NCBI GenBank assembly: GCA_963693365.1
Contig: CAVNZM010000007.1
Coordinates: forward strand, 4,895,962 to 4,959,961
Direction: 5' to 3'
DNA from: Amoebidium appalachense
Lineage: Eukaryota; Protista; Ichthyosporea
Length of the DNA: 64,000 bases
Shown here in pieces: positions 21,788 through 33,115 of this stretch. The position numbers were made by a program, and so were the translations under genes. Position 1 is the stretch's first letter, and every line of letters starts with the position of its first letter. The notes under the pieces are model-generated. The model was given only the letters and a program-made list of their open reading frames with translations, did no database searches and was not told the DNA's origin.

Positions 21788-22813
21788 ATGAAGAGTCTAC
21801 TCTACATTTTACATGACCGAGAGTCTATGTGGGAGGAAATCGTCGCGCACAAGCCGATATGGCGGAACCCCCAGGAGGTGGTAAACACAATCACCCAGCA
21901 CGTCAAGAATGCCCGTCCGGCCGGCCAGGAAATGCACAAGCACAACTACGGATACAACAGCAAGGAAGTGTGCAGCGAGAGTGAGGCAAAGAGCATGATA
22001 ACTAACTGGATGAAAGACGCAAACAAGGCCGGGGTTGTCAACTTTTACATCTACTACAGCGGCCACGGGTGCCGCCCGAGCAGCGACGCAGAAACGGACA
22101 TAGGGGGGGAGTGGTGTCTGGGACAAATTGACTACAATACTCGGGATGCTAAGGGGAACTATGTTTACAATGGGTGGCTCGACGTGAAATGGATGGTGGA
22201 CGCATGGAACAAGAACGTGCCGCGGAACACGGTGCCCGAGAGAGAAGTAAAGGGTGGTAGACCGCCGCGCACACTGCACCTGTATCTCGAATCTTGCCAC
22301 TCAAACGTGTGGACGAAATACGTTAAAGAAAACAAGATTACAAACATTCGCATCATTGGTGACAAGAGTGGGCTGGCACAGGGAGACCTGATTACGAGGA
22401 TATTCAAAAACGGGAGGATGCGTCCACCAGGCAAGAACCAGCGCAAAAACGTGGTGAACGAAGATGCGTACAGTGAGGCGGGCGGTGATTTGGATGAAAG
22501 GCAGGACCCATCCGATTTGGACTCAGACTCCGACGACAGTTTGGAGCTAGGTGTAATTCCTTCGGAGGGAAATGACGAAGAGGTCGATGAGCTTGCAGAC
22601 AAAATTAGGGACGATCTAAAAATTGCGACGACAGCAGGAACTAGACTAAGTGTCGAAATAGTGGAGTCTGTGTGCGCGAGAATGATTGATGTCGGCTCTG
22701 GAAAAAACAAAACGACGAGACGGTGTGCAATGACTGCCTACAACGGGATGTTCTGCAGCCGACATGGTGGGAAGTCGAAAAAGGAACAGCTTGTTGGCAC
22801 AAAAAAGGCATAA
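21788..22813 (+). CDS. Intronless caspase/hemoglobinase-fold (clan CD, metacaspase-like) protease with acidic linker and C-terminal CCCH finger, 341 aa
   Basis: Catalytic-type motifs FYIYYSGHG and LHLYLESCHS, each after a hydrophobic beta strand; C-terminus C-x16-C-x9-C-x2-H (CARMIDVGSGKNKTTRRCAMTAYNGMFCSRH); repeat-free ORF. Confidence 0.8.
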   Translation: MKSLLYILHDRESMWEEIVAHKPIWRNPQEVVNTITQHVKNARPAGQEMHKHNYGYNSKEVCSESEAKSMITNWMKDANKAGVVNFYIYYSGHGCRPSSDAETDIGGEWCLGQIDYNTRDAKGNYVYNGWLDVKWMVDAWNKNVPRNTVPEREVKGGRPPRTLHLYLESCHSNVWTKYVKENKITNIRIIGDKSGLAQGDLITRIFKNGRMRPPGKNQRKNVVNEDAYSEAGGDLDERQDPSDLDSDSDDSLELGVIPSEGNDEEVDELADKIRDDLKIATTAGTRLSVEIVESVCARMIDVGSGKNKTTRRCAMTAYNGMFCSRHGGKSKKEQLVGTKKA

Positions 22814-22844
22814 GTGCACAGTGTTTCCTTTGATTCTTCTCTAT

Positions 22845-22995
22845 TGCAGAATGATTCTGCTGCAGAATAACGGCTTCATTGCAGAGTAATTCTGCTACAA
22901 GCAGAATAATTCTGCTAGCAGATCCAAAGTGATTCTGCTTTTTGCAGAATAATCTCCCAGCGGAAGAGGGAGATTATTCTGCAAAGAGCTGAATT
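22845..22995. repeat. Cluster of near-palindromic GCAGAATWATTCTGC motifs (MITE internal remnant)
   Basis: Several GCAGAATAATTCTGC-like units; the same motif fills the MITE at 26900-27095. Confidence 0.7.
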
Positions 22996-23185
22996 AGCCT
23001 ACGGGGACGTGTTTTTCACCTGCTCACCTGTTTTTCAACGGGTCCCCCGGGACATGGGTGGGGGGGTGGGGGGGGGGGGGGGTGGGGGGGAGGGGGGGGG
23101 TGTTGGAAGTAGAGTCCGCTGTGACTAGGCCCTCGTCGTGGCGCGCTTGGGCGCTGACCCGTTTTTTTACTGCTTTCAGTGTGTT

Positions 23186-23259
23186 AACTCCATGACTGAA
23201 CTCCATGACTGAACTCCATGACTGAACTCCATGACTGAACTCCATGACTGAACTCCATG
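23186..23259. repeat. 13-bp tandem repeat AACTCCATGACTG, ~5.7 copies
   Basis: Perfect head-to-tail copies, no spacers. Confidence 0.95.
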
Positions 23260-24950
23260 TCTGCACCTGGCAGAGACGTGGCTTATATACCCGTGGGGCA
23301 GCAGTCTGGAATGTAATCCGGATGCCAGGCGCTAATCGGATTGGTTACTTTCATTTAGAGATCTCTGGGACCAGTGAACCAATCGTTTGCAGTCAAAACA
23401 CAATTGGCAACATTCCTCAACTATGCAGATGTGCATGTGGTGATCGAGTGCCAGCGTGTGTCTGTGTACACGGAACCAATTGTAAAGCTAACATACACAT
23501 ATTGTGGAGTGAGCGTAAGCCTGCACAAGAGGGGGGGGGGGGGGGGGGGGGGTTATGAAAAATGGGATTAGAGGGTGCTTAAGGTTGATCTGGGACGAAA
23601 GTTAGCCCATTAGACAGGACAGCGCTAGCCTCGGACGTTTATGTGTGGTAGGCACACACTGGGATTGCAGTTAAATAAAGATGGCCCAAAAGGGGAGGCA
23701 CGTGTGAAAAAGACGTCCCCCTAGGCTAGACTAATAAAAAGGGGCATTTATAAGAACAATAAATGATGTGCGAACTGTGGGTGGAGCAGAGGGGGGAGGG
23801 GGGGGGGGGGGGGGCAGGAGAGGAAGAAAGGGAGGAGGAGGGGGGGGGGGGGCGGGGGAGGGGGCTCGAGGTTGTCTGCCTTGAGGATTTTCTATGGTTT
23901 TGGAGATAGTATTCGGTAACTGCAGAAAGAAGTGTAGCAGAGGCAGCTCTGTCGTAGTGCATGCCCCTTGCATACATTACCACACACGTACGCGTACGGC
24001 AGTGTACTTATCCCCCTCCCCCCCCCCCCCCCCCCCCCTCCCCATCCTTCTCCTCCCTCCTCCAGCCCTCCCCCCCCCCCCCCCCCCCCCAAACAACAAC
24101 AACAACAACAAAAACAAGCTGCTGGGCATTAACAATATACAACAGAAAGTGCAAAATACAAAACTGTGTTCGATCGGCAGGACCATGACGTATTCATGGG
24201 CCAAAGGAGATGATGTCGACGTCACAGGTGCACGTGTGATTTTGCACATTGATGGTTGATTTCAATAGTATATTCCTAATAATCACCACTTCAGTGCATA
24301 AATGCAGAGCGGAATGCTTCCGAATGGAACGAAGCGAGGAATGTGTGGTAGATCGGCAACACACGCACACACAGGTACACGCACACACAGGCAACCCCCC
24401 TTCCCCCCCCCCCCCCCCCCCCTCGCCCATCCACCCATCCATTCCCCTTCTCGCTACCCCACACATACAGACCTCACAGGCAGACATATTTCACCTACTA
24501 ATGCACCTAAGTGGGCCTGAACACACTGTAAATCTCACCTGCACCTATACAAAGACAAGCACACGCGTTCCTTTCAACCTGTACCACACCCACGAGCTTT
24601 GCATTGGGCACGCACATATTAAAGAGTTTCAGTTAATAAATACCGTTGGGGTAGACTAGTGCTTTGTTTTTGTTTTGCGGCAAAGGCAGCATCCTTGTTG
24701 CCACAACCGCCCAACGAAGAGCTCATAATATCTTGGAATCGAAGAAAACAGAGTCTGGGCTTCGGTTTGTGCACGCACTGTGTGGATGTGTGTGTGACAG
24801 AGTTTGGCCAAGTCCGCTTTGTTGCAGTGGATGCCAGGTAGACACCCCAAGTAAATAAGGCTTGGCGAAGTGTTTGTTACAACTGAAGCATCCTTGAAAA
24901 ACATCGCGTTCAAATTTGGGCTGCATGCAGGCTGCAGCATGCATGCATAC

Positions 24951-25010
24951 CAAGGCCTCCTAAATAGCACACCTATTTAGGAGGCCTTGTGTGCTATTTA
25001 GGAGGCCTTG
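24951..25010. repeat. 60-bp foldback with 22-bp inverted repeats and an internal partial duplicate
   Basis: CAAGGCCTCCTAAATAGCACAC (24951-24972) / GTGTGCTATTTAGGAGGCCTTG (24989-25010), flanked on both sides by ATGCATGCAT. Confidence 0.8.
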
Positions 25011-26414
25011 ATGCATGCATGCTTGGAAGCCTGGAACAGCATTCACCAATCAGCTCACTAAAAATAAATAATGTTTGCGACAATCTGTCTGTTACCTGAA
25101 ACCAATCATTACTCTTAATGTTTTGTTGTTTCCCATATACGACTTATCGCATTCAGATCGAGCAAATTATACGAAATCTCTGCGGTTTTGTAACTGCGGA
25201 TGTCACAACAATGCATGATTTCTATTTCTTTTCGCGACGAGGCGACATTTTGACCTGGCAAGAGGCGACATGTTATTCCAGGCAACTTAGTTAGGATGTT
25301 GTTCTTTCTGGATTTTATTGTGTCTTTGGTGGTGTCACACAAAGCTTTAAGGGAGTCATATTTGCACGCGGCACACACCAGCCTACAACGCCTGCCTGTG
25401 TACAAGGGGTTCTGTTTTTTTATCTCACGCAGTTTCGAGTTGCGTGTGTGTGCAACATAGACGTTCGTAGACCTCTTTGCTGCAGGCGGCAGGGCACAGC
25501 AACAGCGGGTCGGTGGGAACACGGCAGGCTGCGCCTTCCAATTTCTCTCCTCGCTGTGTGACCGGCAGTTTCCACGCTACCTGACTGCAACGCGCACGTA
25601 CGTGTACCACAGTGGCAGGCATAGTCAGGACTTGACAAACACAAAACAAGCTGTTCACCGAGCACACAAAGTGAGTGATGAAAGACCCAACACTTCCAAA
25701 CACGTAACCCGGCACCTGGCAGCGTGCAGACAAACACACAAACACATGCACGTAATTAAACGTCCTAAACCTCACTCACGGGCACGCACAAACGACCTTA
25801 CAAACACCTGCACACATGTCCACACGTGCATTCTCAATTGCGCCGTCGCACGCGTGCTCACACACGGACACCATGATGATGCACACACACAGACCCACAA
25901 GCACAGACACACGTACGCATACAGTGTCTAAAAAACACGCACAAAAGCACACAACAACACATACGTGCATGCTTCCGAGCATGCAAGCACACACGAACAA
26001 ACACACACACAAACACACACATACCAACATCATATAAATCAGTAATAGCAAGACTTTTTTTGTTATAAAAGTCAATAAGTTATTACGTTTAATTACTTAT
26101 GAAACGTAGGGGCTCCCCGTACGAGTGTCCCTGTGTTCTTCTGCAAACACGATATGCTACTCGCTGCAGCTGTTATGTTGAAAGAATGACGCAATATATT
26201 ATTAGCACGCGACTTAGAATTAATGACTAAATATATCCCCCCCCCCCCCCCCCCCGCCCGCCCCCCCACTTCCCCCCTTTCCAAACAGGACAAAAAAAAG
26301 AGGGGGAAATCTGATTAATAGAGCCCTCCCCCCCGTCTAACCCCCCCCCCCCCCCCCCACCACCACCACCACCACCACCTCCCCAGAAAGAGCGAGAGAG
26401 AGTTGAGAGCCTAT

Positions 26415-26485
<71 letters not shown>

Positions 26486-26899
26486 GGGGGGGGGGAGGGA
26501 GGGAGAGAGGGAGGGAGGGAGGGAGAGAGGGAGGGAGGGAGGGAGGGAGGGAGGGAGGGAGGGAGGGAGGGAGAGAGGGAGAGAGAGAAAGGGAAGGAGT
26601 GGGGGAGAGAGAGAAAGGGAGGGAGTGGGGGAGGGAGGGAGGGAGGGAGGGAGGGAGGGAGGGAGGGAGGGAGGGAGAGAGGAAGGGAGAGAGGGAGGGA
26701 GGGAGGGAGGGAGGGAGGGAGATAGGGGAGGGGGTGGGGGTGGGGGTGGTGGTGAAGGGAAGGGAGTGGGAGGGGGGGCAGGGGGGGGTGGGGGGAGGAG
26801 GGGGGGGGGGGGGAGGGGGGGGAATGGAGAGGGAGGGGAGATCCTGTGAAGAGGAAGGGAAGAAGAAAGAACGAAAGAGGAGGTGGGGAGAGGGAGAAA

Positions 26900-27095
26900 A
26901 GGGCCCAACCACACCTGCCAGAGTCAACTTACAAAAAGCAGACTTTGCGGGATTATTCTGCAAAAAGCGGAATTATTCTGCAAAAAAGCAGAATGCCGAA
27001 TTATTCTGCAAAAAAAAAGAATGCAGAATTATTCTGCTTTTACTGAGAATTAATCTGCTCGAATCAACTTGACTCAGCCGATGTGGTTGGGCCCT
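26900..27095. mobile_element. MITE with ~28-bp imperfect TIRs and internal GCAGAATTATTCTGC repeats
   Basis: AGGGCCCAACCACA...GAGTCAA at the left end and TTGACTC...TGTGGTTGGGCCCT at the right end; no clear TSD. Confidence 0.7.
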
Positions 27096-27250
27096 GAAAA
27101 AGAGAGAAAGAGAGAGAGGAGAGGGAGTGAGTGCGAGAGACAGGAAATCGAAACATCTGAGAGGTGGGGATAGTGAGGGTGGGGGGGGGGGGGGGGGAAG
27201 AGAGAGAGGGTGGGGGGGGGGGGGAGAAAAGAGAGAGAGGGGGGGGGGGG

Positions 27251-27356
<106 letters not shown>

Positions 27357-27407
27357 AGAGAGAGGGAAGGAGGGAGAGAGCCTCGGGGGGGGGGGGGGGG
27401 GGGGGAG

Positions 27408-27439
<32 letters not shown>

Positions 27440-27633
27440 TTATGATATAGGGATAGAGAAAGAGTGAAAAGATATGGGTAGGGGGAGACGGTTGAGGAAC
27501 AGAGCGTGTGCTTGTTGGGGAGGTCGCATACGTGCTGCTTGAAAGGAGCTCGAGGGAACTAAGTTGAGGCTGACTCGGGGTAGAGCTCGTGTTGACAACA
27601 GTATTTATTTTGACAACAGTATGTATTAATACA

Positions 27634-28125
27634 TCGACGGTCCACCGGTCTGGCCGCCCCCTAGAATCCATCACCCCAGACCACGTCAAAGCAGCACCAC
27701 CAATTTGTTATCACCCGGCCGTAAGACATGACGTCATGAACAGCACCGGCCCTCTGACGTCGACGGCGCGCCGCTTGGGCATCCCGGCCCAACGTTCAAG
27801 TGGGAGACCAATCCGAGTCACCGGCCACGGTTCGGGTCAGCGTCCTGGGCATGGGGTCTTCCCTTTCAAGTCTTTATGTTTGTGTATGTGTCCCGGGTCG
27901 CTCCCGGCTGGTGTTGTTAAAGTGAGCTGTGCTCATTTCCCCACTAGCGTTGCTGCGGCTAGAACCGTGGGATAAGGCGTAACTAAAAATAGTGCCAGTT
28001 GGGGTCAATTAGAATCCTGACTTATGAGTGTGCTATACAGTACGATCTGTGTCTAGGCGGAAGACGGTAAGCTCCCCTGAGGCAGTGCCTCGCCGGGAGT
28101 GAAACGGGATAAAATAAAAAAAAAA
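27634..28125 (+). mobile_element. Poly(A)-tailed retroposon, family A, longer copy
   Basis: 13-bp TSD ATGTATTAATACA at 27621-27633 and 28126-28138; A-rich tail after GAAACGGGATAAAAT; 3' motifs shared with 8688-8881. Confidence 0.8.
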
Positions 28126-28314
28126 ATGTATTAATACAAGAACTTTCAGTTGAGTTCAAGTTGTCCACTACACGTGGCAGAATTAGACTGCTACAAGCAG
28201 TCTTTTATTCTCTCGGGATCAGTTTCATTGAAATAACCAGAGCACCAGTACTTCCCCTATGTACGTACATATTTCATACGATTAGCTATGTCAATATAAT
28301 TTCACATTCGTGCA

Positions 28315-28986
28315 TTACTGATCAGCCCCCTCATCCACGTAGGGCACCTCCTCTCCATCCACCACCAGATTCTCCTCACCCACAGCACTTCCCTCGATAG
28401 CATCATCATTGCCAGCAGACGCAGCAACGGGGGATGCGTTCGAGGTCACTGGGACCTGAGCGGGGTGTGGCGCAGTGACAGGGGCGGGGGCTGGTTTGGC
28501 AGGGGCCACCTTGCGCGCAGGGGCAGGGGCAGGCTTTGTGGCCGGGCGGGACACGGGGGCGGAGTTATCAGCACAACAGCCCCGGGCCCAGCCCTTCCAG
28601 CCCTGGCCGGCAGGGCACGTGGGGACGGCGCAGCAGCGGCCGGTGCGTGGGTCCCACGTCTGGTTGATGGGGCAGTCGTTTCGGCAGCAGCCGGCCGCCC
28701 AGCCCTTCCAGGCCTGGCCGGGCGCACACTCGGGAATGGTACGGCAGCCCGTGCGCCACTGCCACTGGCCCTGAGGGCACGACCCCCACAGGTTGGCGCC
28801 TGCTGGCTTCCCGGCCAATGGGCCCCAGTTCCAGCCCCAGCCCCAGTTATTCACCGCAGCCGCGCTGCTGGGCTTGGCCGTGGCCGTGGCGGACGGGTTC
28901 CATCCCCACCACGTGTTGGGACCCCACGTGGCCTCTGTCTGCTGCGCCGTGACGGCCAAAAGGGCCCCAAAAAGGATGGGCTGCAT
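28315..28986 (-). CDS. Secreted Trp/Cys-rich repeat protein (possible wall or surface protein), intronless, 223 aa
   Basis: Signal-peptide-like start MQPILFGALLAVTAQQTEA; WG-rich segment; duplicated module PECAPGQAWKGWAAGCC / PTCPAGQGWKGWARGCC; Pro/Ala linker; acidic tail; GC-rich codon usage like the DnaJB gene. Confidence 0.8.
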   Translation of the reverse strand: MQPILFGALLAVTAQQTEATWGPNTWWGWNPSATATAKPSSAAAVNNWGWGWNWGPLAGKPAGANLWGSCPQGQWQWRTGCRTIPECAPGQAWKGWAAGCCRNDCPINQTWDPRTGRCCAVPTCPAGQGWKGWARGCCADNSAPVSRPATKPAPAPARKVAPAKPAPAPVTAPHPAQVPVTSNASPVAASAGNDDAIEGSAVGEENLVVDGEEVPYVDEGADQ

Positions 28987-29234
28987 GGTTGCGTGGGCGG
29001 GTGGTTGAAGAATAGATGATCGTGTCTAAATGGGTGGTTTGTGCCACCTTGGTTGTGTATGTGCGGGCTACAACAGATAATCTCTTCGACCCGTGTTCTA
29101 CAAGGCAGTGTGCAGTACGGCAAACTCGGAGACGACGAGAATCTGAAGAGCGAACAGGGTTGGAGTTGTGTTGAGAGGAGGGGTTGGCTGTACTTGTAAG
29201 TTGTGAAACTGAGAGAGTTGGTGGAAGTTCGATG

Positions 29235-29301
29235 TTTATATACTTGCGGGAAGTGCGACGCATCTCTATGGTTGGTTCTTACGAACAAGACGTGTGATTG
29301 G
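29235..29301 (-). promoter_or_regulatory. Putative TATA (29235-29242) and CCAAT (29297-29301) promoter of the secreted protein gene
   Basis: TATATAAA and CCAAT on the minus strand, about 250 and 310 nt upstream of the ATG. Confidence 0.5.
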
Positions 29302-29712
29302 TCAATCTAGACTCTCAACAGTCTCAAGTTGAGTGATCTCAACTTCTCATGGGTTCAACTTTGACAGAGAGTAAGACATGGGCCGATGCGACTGCGCCTA
29401 TTGAAACAATAATGAGCCTCAAATTTTGAAGCATAATTAAAAGGTTCAAGGTTTGAAAGTCTTTGCTTCTGATACTCACATGCTACACACATATAAAATC
29501 AATGGTTATGGGCTTTGAGTCATTTACGGCAATGTGTGATGCGAGTCGAATATCGGATTGGATGTTTGTAACTCTGTTTATTCAATGGTATGCATGTTTG
29601 ATAAATTTCGACCCATCGATTCGGCAAGAATATCTCATCATAATTAGTGACTTCTTGTGAAGTTGTGATGATTATTATTTTTTTTTTTTTGTAAATTTAC
29701 AACAGTAGGATA

Positions 29713-29775
29713 AGAATCACATCAATACCCGCATTCGATTGAATAGAATCACATCAATACCCGCATTCGATTGAA
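29713..29775. repeat. 32-bp tandem duplication
   Basis: AGAATCACATCAATACCCGCATTCGATTGAA occurs twice in tandem. Confidence 0.9.
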
Positions 29776-30089
29776 GAAGGGTGAGAAAATGAAAATTAAT
29801 CCCAAGCTGATGGTGAAAAACTCAGCGTTAGAAATGCAAATGACTCCCAAACTCCAAAGCAAACAGCATGAAGTTCCGAATTACTTATCATAGATGTCTA
29901 TTCCGTCGGGAATGTCGAATCATCGAATGAGCTTGCTCTCATCGGTCGTACCAGGTCACGTGTTTACCGCTATATTATATATATACTACAAGGGGTCCGG
30001 CTCGCGCGCTGCGCGCGCTTGCAGGCTGGGTGTGGAGGGAGATGTGATTAAAGATAGGGGAGCTGATGTTTCCAAGGGTCGAAGTCACA

Positions 30090-30121
<32 letters not shown>

Positions 30122-30529
30122 GAGACCCCCCCCCCCCCCCCTCTCTTTTCTTCCTCTCCCCCTCCCCCCCCCCCCCCCCCCTCCCCCCCCTCCCCCCCTC
30201 TTACGCTTCCCCCCGAGCTCGAGATGGGGCAAAGATGCCCCCCACCCCCGCCCCCTCTCCCTTTGTCCCCCCCCCCCCCCCCCCCCCCCCCCCCTTTTTT
30301 GCCCCCCCCCCCCCCCCCCCTAAATTTCTCCCTTCCCCTCTCCCCCCCCCCCCCCCCCCCCCCCTCATTCAAGGATTTATTTGGGCATAGCAACTTGATC
30401 AACAGTTATCAACAATTTATTTGGGCGTAGCATGCTAGGCATGCTAGCGGTATTGCAGTCACAACATTTTTATATCACATGGCTTTGACTTTCATTCTTA
30501 AACCCTCTTTTGCCCCCCCCCTCCCTCCC

Positions 30530-30824
30530 TGTTGTGTCTCTTGTGTGAATACGTGTGTTGAGGTGGGTTCTTTGAACGGAGTTATAGGGGAAAAGGCAAC
30601 ACGACACCAACACTGGGGGTTAACGGGAACTCACTCGTTTCCCTAAACCTTTACTATCGGCTCTCTGCACAGCACAGAGCGCAGGATCGATGTACGGGAA
30701 GGTGTCTCCAGGACACGTAGGCGCACTCATTGAATTCCTCATCTATATATGGAGCGCGCCAGGCTCGTATCCTATTGGCTACTATTTGATGGTATTTTAC
30801 CCCATATGGCGCAATCACACCACA
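30530..30824 (-). repeat. 3' LTR of the Ty3/gypsy element (~295 bp)
   Basis: Minus strand begins TGTGGTG right after a polypurine tract (30828-30851) and ends CACAACA (TG...CA, short inverted termini); internal TATATAG. No second LTR found in the window. Confidence 0.65.
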
Positions 30825-30989
30825 GTACCCCCCCCCCCCCCCCCCCTCCCTTTAAGATCCTTCGTCCTCGAAGGAGTGAGTGATAGGTTGAGATATGTGT
30901 GTGAGAAAACGACATATAGTCATAATAAGCATCAGCTTACGATCTGTGTTGTGGAGAATGGTTCCTAACGAACCAATCATAGCCATGTG

Positions 30990-32441
30990 CTAAATTTTAT
31001 ACGGGCAAGTCCTGCTCTTCCTGCACGTGGTGAAGAGGCCTAGGGGCTTGTGTCGATCAAATTTAGACTCAAATTCAGCAATTAATTTTGCACATGACCT
31101 CAACTGTGTTTTATCCATCCACACAGGATTATCACGGTCAGCTTTAAGGCGGACCAGATATTTCTGTGTAGGTAGAGCACGCCGGTTTCGTAAGGAAACT
31201 GGGTGTTCTATCTTCATATCTAGAATGGCCTCTATTTCTACTTCATCATCTGCAACGACATTCCAGCCATGTGACTGACCAGTCACAGGGAGGTTATCAA
31301 TGTTGGGCATAACACCACGTACAGAGAGAGGCACTTCTAGATTAATATCATTAACATGGGGAATACGAATATCATTTAGATCTTGCTTATTTCTGACCCG
31401 ATAAGTTAATTTTCCGACTTGCTTGACCACCTTGAATCCGTGGTGCCAATGAGGGGAAAATTTACCGGGATGCTCAGAAGTATTTCTGATCATCACTGGG
31501 TCTCCTCTGAAAAATTTGTGAATTTTCGCAACTTGATCTGATTTTTGGGAATTATTCTTAGCATATTCAGGCGGCTTATTCATTTGCATATGCCGCACAA
31601 TCTGAATTTGCCTTACCGCTATTTCCCTTAGAGCAGTCCACTCTGGTTGCTTCATGGGTTCCCCAGGAGGCAAAAGAGAGACGTCCGGAAAAAGGGTAGG
31701 ATGTTGCCCGAATACGAGATAATATGGTGAATACCCAGTAGCCGCATGTGGGGTAACTCTATACCCAAACATAACGGGAGCTAGATATTCATCCCAATCA
31801 TCTCCATCCAAATCCATATACTTACTAATGGCATCATTAATAGGTCTGTGGGACAGTTCATTTATGGCATTAGTTTGAGAGTGATAGGCTGCTGTGTTAA
31901 GTTTTGTGATAATCAACATTTTACACAGCTCTAGCACTATCTCCGAAAGAAAATTTGCACCACCGTCAGACAATAATGACCTAGGTGGGCCATAAACATA
32001 ACAAAACCTATCCAAGATAAGCCGAGCAATTGTGGCAGCCGTTTCATCGGTTACCGCAAAGGCTTCTGCATATCTAGTAGAAATATCCATAATAACGACA
32101 ATTTTGGTATTTCCATTTTTGGAGGTAGTAGAGGGCACGATCGTATCAATACTTATTCTTTCGAATAATTTTGTAGGAGTGAGGGATGGAGGTGGGGATG
32201 GTCTAACTTTCATGTGTGGGTCAGAGTTACGTGCCTGACACCCAACACAAGAACGTACCCACCTATGCACATACCTACTCATACCCGGCCAATAATACGC
32301 GCGCAACGCCTTTAACGTGCGATGCACACCAAAATGGCCCATCTTATCGTGCACACTCTCTAATGATTCGTGATATAAAGCCTCATGAACGAACAATTTT
32401 CTCCCTTCCAAAGAAAAATAATAAAGGACATTATTTCCCAC
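30990..32441 (-). pseudogene. Gypsy integrase (HHCC zinc finger, DDE core) with C-terminal chromodomain
   Basis: HDKMGHFG...YYWPGM...CVGCQ; FERISIDT, LLSDGGANF, TAAYHSQTNAINE; chromodomain EVEIEAILD...QKYLVRLK...W...LRSCAKLIAEFE. Confidence 0.9.
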
Positions 32442-33115
32442 AAAACAGTGAAGAGCAATGCGAGCGAGTTTTCTCCTCTTCGCATTACTAATATGTGGTG
32501 TCCTCTACATTTTCTTCCATATTTTCTGAGGGAGAAGTGTTATTCCGTGTGATATTTTGCGCTAATTTTTGCATGTATTCATGCTTTTGGGGGTCCCGTG
32601 GGTCTTTTGTAGACAGCAAAGTGGTGATATCACCACATAGGGATCATTACGTTGTGCTGCTACTATCGCATCTCTCTGGTAGCCGGCCCCAGCTAAGGCA
32701 GCTATCTGCACAGGATGCGAAGGGGAATTTTGAGAGGTATTGCCGTTTTTGGAAGCAATATTGTTAAGGTACAAAACATGTGAATCCTCTTCTGTATGCA
32801 GGGGAACCTGCACCACATCAAGAGATCCGCCCTCTGTTTAACCATCACCGAACGAAGAGACCCTTCTAAACTAATTTAACAGGGACCGTCCGCTGGCGGA
32901 GAAAGGTTAATGTGAGTATGGGTGGCAGATATGCCCAAATATGGTAAGCAAGCCGCGACATGCGCTTGCAAAGGCATAGGGGCGTGAGAAGGAGCAGTGT
33001 AGGAATCTGAGTCAGGAAAATAAACTGACGAGATCATTACACGCTCTAACTCAGTATTTTTATCGTAATGCACCCATCTATCTGCTGCCTGAGAGTGGTC
33101 TGCAGGCGGTTCATC

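Noticed and set aside
23186-23259. CRISPR-like array
   Set aside because: 13-bp tandem units with no spacers, no cas genes, eukaryotic context.
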